From Kudoa neothunni (Eukaryota > Animalia > Cnidaria), in NCBI GenBank assembly GCA_964304625.1, contig OZ199838.1:5810443-5874442 (forward strand): a DNA stretch of 64,000 bases, in the 5' to 3' direction. This document shows positions 54,374-64,000 of the stretch, piece after piece (position 1 is the stretch's first letter; each line of letters starts with the position of its first letter). A program made the position numbers and the translations under genes. The notes beneath the pieces were generated by a model, which was not told where the DNA came from, searched no databases, and was given only the letters and a program-made list of their open reading frames with translations.

Positions 54374-56678
54374 CCTTTTCATGCCCAATTTTTTTTCGCT
54401 TGAAAAAATATATTTACTTATTTATACGTTATTTATTAATTTTATGAAATTGTAAAAGTTTACGACGCGTTTATCTTTATTCTTTAAGACTAAATAACGT
54501 TGTTCACTAGGAAGAACATTGGGCACGCGCTAAAAACTGATTTTATCAGAAAATATTCTTTTTCGATTTTTTCCGGTTATTATGATATAAATAAAAACAA
54601 TTTCTGTCTTTCACTATACAGCATGGGGCGTTACATTTTTTACACACAAAGTGTATATGCCGTTGACATAGTCTACGTCTACTTTTCGCAGAAACTATTT
54701 CAGGGTAATGCCCAACATTGCCAAACTTGATAGATTTTGACAAATCACAATTCTTATTCTTTGGGATGTAATTTGGAATCGATTTGTTTGAGTTTCATAA
54801 GAAGGGCGGCCACGCTTCGTTGCTGTAACGGATTTCCTACGAAAAATCAAATCTTCTGTCAACGGTTCAATAAAAGAGAGCAAATCTAATATACCTCTAT
54901 TAGGAATGTGATTTTCTTTTGAATTTAAGCGATAAATGAACCAAGCGTTGACTATAGTTGTATTCAATCCCCAGAAGAATATCCGTATATAATATTTGCG
55001 ACTGTTATGATTTAATTTATACAGCGCCATCAACATGTTGGATAGGCCAACACCACCCATATTTTTGTTTTATTCGGCTACAACATCAGGATAAGGAATT
55101 GACAATAATTTCTTCAATTTTCGATCAAATCTCTTCACTTGGCCGATAGGTTCTAGCGACGAATACGTCGAAGATAAAGTAACGACGGAGCCATCACACT
55201 ATTGGGTGATAGAAATACCTCTGTTGACTTCGTTATAACTTTCATAAGATCCACGCTCTTTTTTTAATTCCTTCTGCGAAGTAAGAGGACAATCTTTGAT
55301 CCTATCTCTCCGAATGGTCCCAACGGAATATTTTTCTCTTCTTTCAATATAGCTGCAGATTTATGGATGTAAAGAAGTTGTCAAAGTACAATAAGAAAGT
55401 TTAACAAGTTGGAAGGGTCTCCGATAATTTAATGACAAAATCGCCTGAAACTAAACCACAGCTATGGTTAACGATAGGAGGGTTTTCATCGTAAAAGTGG
55501 AAATCGTACACAATAGCACTAACGCCACGTCTGGCAAACACTTTAAATCCCCATTTGTTGGACTTCTTTGGAAGATATTGTTTAGATCTGCATTTTCCCT
55601 TAAAAGGGATCATCTGTTCGTCAACAGAGTGATATCTTTCTGGTTTTATCTTCAACCAGGAAGATCGCAAATGTTCTAGGAATGGTCTAATTTTGGCAAA
55701 TTGTCATCAACTACGATGTTTTGGTTGTTGTTAAAATGGAGATATCGTAATAGTTGTTCAAAACGATTCCTTGAAAAACAATCAGATACTTCTGAATAGC
55801 TCAAACATTTGCTCCAATAAGAACGATAACGAGGCATTTTAACAATAACCATTAGGGTTAACACTCCAAGAAACTTCTCCATTTCAGTAGACTCTGTTAT
55901 AAAATTGTTGCCTCGTTGTGTTGCATATAAGTTGAATTCATTACATATTAATTCAGTCAGCTGCTGATTAAAGAACAGCTTGAAATAATCATACGGACGG
56001 TGTAATTCAACGGAGACTTAAAAATCTTGTTGAGGTATAATTTCATCCAGTAATTTTAACCAGGGTCCTTTTTTTAGACCATTTGAAAGTTGAATCCATA
56101 ACACCAGCTTTGGAATCATCAGAACTATCTGACGAATCTTCGTCCACAACCAATGTTTCTGATACATAGTCATCTTTAGAAGATATATCAGGCTCTAAAA
56201 CATTAATACCTGGTGTCACAACTACTTCAGTGACAATCTGACCGTTTGGTAGCTTTTAAATATTCAAATCGTGATACATTCCCCCTCAACGTAATTATCG
56301 GACATGTGTCCAATGTTCACCCCAATTGAACACGTGTTTTTGAGCTTATAACTTTTTATATTTTTATAATTGGAATTTTTACATATAATATATATTATCA
56401 GTAAACTTGCACATACGAAATAATTTTTGTTGGTTCTATTACGTTAAAACTGTGCTGATTTTTAGGGTAAAAACAATGCAATTTTAAAAATGCGAACTAA
56501 AAGTTTCACTCTACAAAAACTTTTATATCGCATTTTCTGTTAAAAAATATATTAAAAAGTAGTTATAAATGGAAGAAAGTTAAAATATTTTTAAATGAAT
56601 AAAATATAATAGTTTTTCAATACATACATAGTCAAAATGAGTCGTTGTTCATCCTAGTGAACATGGGGCATGAAAGGA
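54374..56678 (-). mobile_element. piggyBac transposon with disrupted transposase
   Basis: TIRs ccttttcatgccc / gggcatgaaagga. TSD tcaa / ttaa. Subterminal IR tgttcactagga(a/t)gaaca. Motifs SRNRFEQLLRYLHF, SVDEQMIPFKG..KWGFK, YFDNFFTS and MGGV, plus a C-terminal Cys-rich domain. Confidence 0.93.
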
Positions 56679-56934
56679 TTAATGAAAAATTTGTTTATCT
56701 ATTTTGCAGTTAAATTCACTCTTATTTATTAATGTTTGAATGTCATTCGTAGACATTTTTTCTAGCTCGCCGCACTCGGGAACGTATCGCATTTGAGAAA
56801 CGCTTATTTGACATTAGAATGACCTAATTTTATACATTACAGTGAAACCTCGGACATCGATCATAATTCGTTCTGGAATTTGCTCGAACTCCAAATAATT
56901 TCCTCCCCCCGTAAAATATTATAACTTAGTTTAA

Positions 56935-57932
56935 GCCTCTAAGGAGTTGGAGATGAAATTCACCCAAACATAATTTTTACTTAATTATTCATCCAAAAAT
57001 GTGTTTATTGTTCAAAATGAATTCTATATTAACTCATTATGTTAAAAAAATAAATTAAATTAGAGATTAAAATAAAATGCATAGTAGTTACATTATTTAG
57101 CTTCGTGCGTTACCGAAGAATTGGTGACTTATAACTTACGCCGTATAAGGTTTTATGAGGATTAGTAATGTGAGTAATGGAACATTTTCTCTGAATATAA
57201 TGTGTCAAAGCACATAATGTTTAAATTTACTTAAAAAACTCTGGGGTGAATTTCGCCCAAAAATCGTTGGAGATTGTTTTTTGATACCTTAGAGCAGGGG
57301 TTCTCGATCGGGAGTAAAATTTATATGACAAAGGGTAAATTAAGTAACATAAAAATTGATTAGGAGCAATTTTTGCATTATAAGTTTGTAAGGCACTTTG
57401 GCATTTCTAATGAATTGTATTATCCAGGGTTATTAAACTCAATGAGAATTAAGCAGAAATTGTTGTAATATTTTTAGAAATAAGTATCTCATAGTTATTT
57501 ATAGAACTATAATCGGTCTCTTTCTTTATGGTTCGTTTATTTTTTAGTGATATAACCTAATAATAATACTTAAAGTGGCTATTTGCATTATAAATAATGT
57601 TTAGGTGCCACTAATTTTGTACATTTTTAATTATGTCTGGTCCCTAAGAGTGAAGGATTGGGAAGAACCAATTTAATTTAGCAAAATATAAAAGAATAAT
57701 TCTATATACAGCTTATGAGTAAGAGTTGATGGGCTTAAAATTGTCACTATGCAAGCGTACATGCCTATTAGGATCAAAATGTATCGCTCAAATAGCCACT
57801 GGCATAGTTAAACCAGTATAAAACCGTAAAGAAAATATGAATTTGACTTCCAAGTTCGAGGTAAATTAGGATTTTTTACAAAGTCGAGAGGATCAATTTG
57901 AAAAAACCGTTGAGAACCCCTGCCTTAGAGGG
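56935..57932. mobile_element. piggyBac-like MITE (middle of the nest)
   Basis: TTAA-gcctctaagg ... ccttagaggg-TTAA. Subterminal IR gaaattcaccc / gggtgaatttc. Confidence 0.75.
57295..57922. mobile_element. hAT Charlie/Buster-type MITE (innermost)
   Basis: TIRs caggggttctc / gagaacccctg. Perfect 8-bp TSD ccttagag with a central TA. Confidence 0.9.
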
Positions 57933-58927
57933 TTAATCTCTTACCGCACATCAAACAAATGACTATTTTTATTTTTTATGAACAAACACGCATACCCTGT
58001 TTTTATAAAATATACCAAATAAATATTAAATGTAATAATAAAAACGAAATATAGGATAAATATTTATTAGTTGTCATGCAATAGATCATAAAGGATTCTC
58101 TTTCGACGACGTCCGCACAATTTGATTGGGTACTTTTCTTCCAATATTTGTTTTCTTCTCTATTTTTGACCCCAACTGAGTTTGTTATGAGTACCTTTCC
58201 TATATGTGTGCGAACCCAAAAGTGTTTCAAACTCAAAATTTTTGGTCGAACTCCGGTTAGTACGAGCTCCGAGACGTTCGATCTCCGACGTTGCACTGTA
58301 ATTAGAATAGTTCGAAAATCTTTCATTGAAATATAAAATTAAAACTTTCAAGTTAACCATCTTTGGGGAATTTTTAATAGCTTCTAAAGTGACAGGCTGT
58401 GGAATTAAGAATCATATTATTAGACTAAAATGAATAATTTAATATATATTTAATAATTTCTTATTAAAAGAGAATAATAAATCTAGCTTATTTTGGCGAC
58501 CTTTTTTAAACTGAGTGTTTTATCTTTCCTTTTTTGAAAATTCAATTATCAAAAATCATGTATGGTCTTGCTGTCCTCATTATTTATGAAACCAGGTGGT
58601 CTTTTGTAACATATAAAACATTATTACGTTTTTAAAACTTATAAGAATGACGAATTTTAAATCTGTACAAAAAATTCTAAGCTAAGAATGATTTATATTT
58701 GTTTTATTAATTGAGGTTTTAGTATGTATAATAGAAGGTCAGTGATTTTGGGTTTACAAAAAGATTTAAGAAATCTGGCTAAAAAGCAAGTATTTCAAAT
58801 TTTTGGGGAATGAGAAACAGCTGATTATTTTCCAAATTTGATGAGCTCCTTTGAAATGAAGTAATTGCAATATGAAGATGCTAGGAGAAGTAAGTACACA
58901 CGCAAAGTTGGTATAATCAAAAAACCG

Positions 58928-59925
58928 TCAAAGTTGATATTTGGCGGTTTGGACCCGACTGTAATTATTTGGGTGATTGGTGAAGGATATCTTTTTAGCA
59001 ACTAGGATAAATTTGATAATTGAGGTGACTAAAACCACAGTAAACGAGGTAATGATTGCAACTGTTTCCCAAGTTATTTCAATTTCTCCGGTGTAATTTT
59101 TAGCGATAACTCCGGAAAATATTATTATATACACCAAATATGAAGAAATATTGTAGCGTAATGATTTCTTGAAATAGAAAACTTCTACCAGGAACACCAA
59201 AAGATAAAACCCAGTGAATATGCTCAATGGTATTACAGTATACAGTACATTATCGTATGGGAGAAAGATTTCAGCCATCATTAATGCCATTTGCAACGTG
59301 ATACCAAATTCAAAGATGAATCTATAAAATATCCAACCAATATTGGCCATAAAAGCACCTAGGATGAGTCCTCTGTTGATGTAGATGATTCTTTTGGTAG
59401 CCTAAAATAATAAAAATTTTGATTATTATAAATAAAAATTATATGAAAAATTACATGACATTTTTGCCTTTCAATCACATATATTGATCCTAAAGCACCT
59501 ACTACCAGCAAAATCAAATGAGTTAAATTGATAATAATCGATGGCAATAGATCCAGTCGCATAAAATAAACTATCCATAGAGTGTCGCATGTAAATGAAA
59601 GTCCTCCAGCAATAATGGTTATGAGTGGGATTTCAAAGTTGCGATACGCTGCAACCTGTACCAACGAATATATTATCCATATCAAGTGGTATCCATAGAT
59701 TATTGCGACGAAAATATAGAACCAATATGGTATACAGAGTGGCGTGAATATATTCTCAAGCATTTCTTTGAATGTCGCACCTCCAAACAGAAAACTAGAA
59801 TAGCCCGTGTGGTAAAATTGTACCATCAGCTCAAACGTAACATTCACAAGGAACAATATCAGTGTCACTGAGAGACTGACAAGGTATCGAGTGATCTTAA
59901 GTTTACACGCAGGTAGGTTTATCAT
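58928..59925 (-). CDS. Uncharacterised multi-pass membrane protein (314 aa, 2 exons)
   Basis: A phase-0 intron at 59454-59402 joins the two tracked ORFs in frame. About 7-8 hydrophobic segments. FTP...W.YIF..IIY..HLIWIIYSL recalls TspO/MBR-related proteins (weak). Confidence 0.78.
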
Positions 59926-60173
59926 AACTATGTAATTGGTGGAGAAAGCTCATCAAGCTCATATATATATTCGACCATAGCAAATTAGTTACATTTGTTG
60001 GATTGTTGTTAAAATAAGATCGAAGTAACATTTATCGTGCATAACACATTTTAAAGCAAAATGTAAAATTAAAAGCTTGGACGCATAGAGAACTTTTTCC
60101 AAGATGTTACTTCTTCGAAAAATAAAGTTTGGATTATAATTTTTATGTAAAAAAATATTAATGTAATTATAAC

Positions 60174-61021
60174 TAAGGAATGAACTTTACGGGTTAAATC
60201 GATTTAAACCATCGATTTAATCAGGATGGTTCGACGTTTATTTTTTCGGGGTGTTTCGGAAAGGGCGCCTGAATAAGAATGTGCGGACAAAGATGTGATT
60301 CGGAGCATATTATTGAGGATGGAGTTAATTTAGAATTATTTAAAATAAATTTGTTTACAAATGGTGCAAGTGAAAATTACCTAAAAAACATGTACAGAAA
60401 CATTGTGCATTATTGGAGCATCGTTGAGTGATAGAATCGTTAAAGCATATCTCCCCTAGTCCCCTTCGTTATTTAGATCTCACCAAAATCAAAAAATAAA
60501 GGTTTATCCTGTTTTAGCTGATGTGTATGATGGATGACCATTTAAAATAATAAATAATCACACAAGACCTGGAAGTTTTTCCTAAAAATATTGTCTTTCA
60601 GCATGTTCATTTTCTAATGTTAAAACTTTTGTTGATAAGCATTTATCTACATTTTCTGAAAAAAAAAAAGATTTTAGTATTGCCAATTTTTCCGATAATA
60701 TTTTTTAAACGAAGAGTTGCCTTCAATCGCAATTAAAAATTTTTAGAGATTAGGTTTGTTCTTTCGGATGAGAGAACATCTCGTCCAAGAGAAAAAATCT
60801 TTATGATACTATAGTTATAATAAAATAGTGAAATTAAAATATAATTTTATTATATTATATGTATTGTTAATTCGCGTTTTTTGCGTCGTAAGGATGTTTG
60901 CGCAAATCTATGTATAATCTCTTTTATGCATAAAAGCGTCGAAAAGTTCGACGTTCGTTTATAGATGTCGATTTAAACCGTCGATTCTTCCAAAAATAAA
61001 CGTCGAAAATTGCATGCTCTA
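60174..61021. mobile_element. hAT MITE, inverted copy of the 37342 family
   Basis: Perfect 8-bp TSD attataac. Right TIR tcgaaaattgcatgctcta. Internal homology to 37342-38091. Confidence 0.85.
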
Positions 61022-61034
61022 ATTATAACATAAA

Positions 61035-61232
61035 GTAGACAACCGATAATTCGCATTTCCATCGATACAACGTATTCGAAGATTATATTGGGTGAAACGT
61101 TTTTTAATATTTTTGTGATTGTAACAAGATAAAAGTCTTAACAATATTTTTGAATTAAATTGGGGAATTATTAATCTGTTATATCACGTGACTATCCAAT
61201 AATACGCATTTTTCGGCTAAACCATGTAGATT
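61035..61232 (+). mobile_element. Truncated copy of the 4329 MITE
   Basis: Colinear with 4330-4529. It stops where a hAT-like terminus (tagtgtttccca) begins. Confidence 0.75.
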
Positions 61233-62668
61233 AGTGTTTCCCACCCCCTCCTAGGGGTGCAAAGAGCCATTATTTGGGGAGTGGGAGTCATTCTAGAATA
61301 AATTTAAAAAGTAATCTTAATTTATTCACTTCTTAATTTTCGTTCGTCCCCATTTAAATCATGTATGGAAGTAATACGTGTAATAACATTTTTGGTTACT
61401 TTAATATCATTTAGTTTCGATTCAAAAAATGGGATATGATAATTTATTCAATTTATAATTGATTCTACGAAATGGCGCAGTAACGAAATAGTTTATATTA
61501 AGCCTGTTCAGCTTACAAAGTCTAACTATCTCTATTTTCATGTAAAATCGTAACTTTGTTATCTTTCAAAATAACATATTTAGATTCTTAAGCTGTAATT
61601 AAGTTGTCAGCATTTTTATTTATTTAGAAATAATCTATATCCATAAAAATAAAACCACGACATAATTTTAACTTTGTCTTTTGTCTAAATTTAAGATCCA
61701 TCATTTAATTGTATAGTTTTTATATGTTACTTTTCAGGTTTTACTTTCGAATTTGTATCTTGCCTCCGATATAAATCTAAATTAAGTGTTCTTTATAGTA
61801 TAGGTAAAACAAGGTTCAAATCATTTATTTATACACATAAATAAATGAATGCCAATTTTAACAATATATATATTAGTTATTTTTATTCAAGTATATTTAG
61901 AAGGCATACTTTTTGAATCAATTGAATTTTTATTAAGCTACTGCCTCAAAATTTAAGTTAACATATGACTCAATATAGAATAATGAAGTCGCTAGGTTTA
62001 TTCAGCACATGATAGCATATGAAACAGACTTATCGACTTCATTATGTTCATCTAATTAGTATTGAAATTCATCAAACCCCGACAACGATTGTCATGTTTC
62101 ATAGTCCGACAAAATCTCCTGCTTTGAATTACTTATGAAAACCAAGCGAGAGCAAGAGAACTGCCAGATCAAATAAATACTAAATTACAATTGATTTTGA
62201 AATAATGTTTCTTGTGAACTATACGAATTGGCTATTTTTGTTGGCTCATTTAATTTTCACCTTTAAGTACAGAACTAATTTAAGCGACCATACTTTTTAT
62301 AGTCTAGTATTACGTTTATATTCATTTTTTACGTCTAATATTTTGGAATAATTATAATAACATAATTCATTAGAATTATTTATTACTTTACATAAAAATG
62401 GTCTATAAGCCGGAATGAATAATAGTTTCAATCATTGAGTGTTAAGTCACGAGGAGTGAAAAGATAAGGTTCATCCTTTTTCAATTATACATAGCAAATT
62501 GAGTTAACCAAAACATTTTGGTTTTAATTTATCTTAGAAGTAAATGGGAAAATTTGAAGTTAAAATAAAAAGTATAATTGAGTCTTGACATTCACATGGA
62601 AGAGGGTTGAGAAATGAACGCGGAAATTACGATGGGGGTACGGGTGTTAAATTTGTAGGGAAACATTG
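61232..62668. mobile_element. Possible hAT non-autonomous element
   Basis: Termini tagtgtttccca / tagggaaacattg. The TSD is only partly matched (atgtagat / ttatagac). Confidence 0.4.
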
Positions 62669-64000
62669 TTATAGACAGAATTAACAATGGGCAATTGCTA
62701 ATGACGAAATATGGCAATCGATAAAAATCATAGTTGTCACACTCAACTTTTAGGATAAATAAAGCAATCTTTACTCCATCGATTAAATAATATGGCCTGT
62801 GGAAATAGCTGCGAGAGGCTATCTGTTATTCAAAGAATATATTACAGCAACTATTATTGATAGCAAAGACAGTGCCGATAATAGCCTACTGGTGGTGAAA
62901 CAATGATAAATACAAAAAATTTGAATAATCAACAGATTCGATTTTTACCGTAACCGCTGATTTGGAATACGGCCACTATTCTACATTTTAACCAAATAAA
63001 CTTTATAGATCAACTACCAAGGGGAGTTAACAGGATTAAAAATGAGCACCGGGAAAGCGTAATTGTCGTTGTGGACTAAAAACTTCTGTGCCCGTAGCAA
63101 GTGCCTAAATATAATATGTTTTGATAATAATGCTTTGAAGAATCCATTATGTTTATTAGGTATTAATATCAACTAGATACGCAATATCCAGAGACAACCG
63201 TATATCAAAAAAAATACATTTGAAGTATACGATACACCAAACATTCTTTCTATTTGGCATCAATTCTTTTGTCTTCGATCCCAGTTGAACGAAGCTTTTT
63301 ATAACTAGGACATAAAAAGAACGCAGGAAGGGCGAAACTGTCGCCAGATCATTAACGCATGCTGCCAATCTTATAGTTAAATGGTAAATTAACTACTTGA
63401 TTCACAAATTTTTATTTTGAAGCCTGCGTTCTCCGATTTTTATCGCATGCGTCATAAATTAATAAGATTAGAATTTGAAAAAGAATGTGAAATATCGCGT
63501 AATTTTCTTTTCGCTAAAAATACCATCACAAAATTTTATAATTAGAAAATGATTGAAATATAATGATAACCAACGGTAATGAGCAAAATTTTCAGTAAGA
63601 TTATCCAACGTGTGAATAATCGCAAATCTATTGCGTACTTAATGTTAAACCCACAGATTTCCGTAAACTTTCGTCTTGATTACTATAAAGTTAACGCACT
63701 CGATATATTAAATCTCTTCCATTACAAGATCAAGGAAACAATGTAATTATGAATATTGGCTTTGAATATTAATCAAGATTTATTTAGGATAATCTGTTTC
63801 TATAATTAAAATTAAAATATCCTGGTATTTAGCATTTAAAGCAATCATAAATAAACAAATAAATCGTCCTTTATATCGTGAAAAAATAACGTAGCTTGAT
63901 CGTTTGTAAGCCCGACTTAATGCGACGTTTTACACAGACCTATAAGGTGTGATGTCGCATAAATATACGTTATTTTTGTTATTCTGCCAATAAAAATTAC

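Larger units (their letters stand above)
56840..58298. mobile_element. Tigger-like MITE (outermost of a triple nest)
   Basis: TIRs cagtgaaacctcggacatcga / tcgatctccgacgttgcactg with TA TSD. Confidence 0.8.

Noticed and set aside
62700-63400. Possible transposase remnant (CQIERMFGV on the minus strand)
   Set aside because: A single short motif with stops nearby and no termini. The family cannot be assigned.
1-64000. CRISPR arrays, operons, prokaryotic defence systems or an alternative genetic code
   Set aside because: There are no regularly spaced repeats. The genes are spliceosomal, and in-frame stops in host genes are explained by introns or indels under the standard code.

Overview
This window is AT-rich eukaryotic nuclear DNA, not prokaryotic. 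It holds seven protein-coding genes, most broken by GT-AG introns of about 40-60 nt that the ORF track does not join: acid ceramidase ASAH1 (-), RPLP0 (+), MBOAT7 (-), CAMSAP/Patronin (+), MRPL3 (-), INTS1 (+, one 6.6 kb exon plus a short last exon) and an uncharacterised multi-pass membrane protein (-). Most intergenic DNA is decayed, often nested DNA transposons: pogo/Tigger, Tc1, Merlin, piggyBac, hAT, MULE and a probable Helitron. Many are delimited by TIRs and TSDs read directly from the sequence. I recognised no retroelement, RNA gene or CRISPR array. Divergent animal-type proteins, miniature introns and AT richness suggest a fast-evolving animal such as a myxozoan (inference only). I cannot support a clearly new biological system. 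The best leads are a shared CGCGCAG motif upstream of several genes, degenerate 5' splice sites, extreme contrast in intron density between genes, +1 frameshifts in RPLP0 and CAMSAP (most likely assembly errors), triple-nested transposons and the orphan membrane protein. All coordinates were counted by hand.
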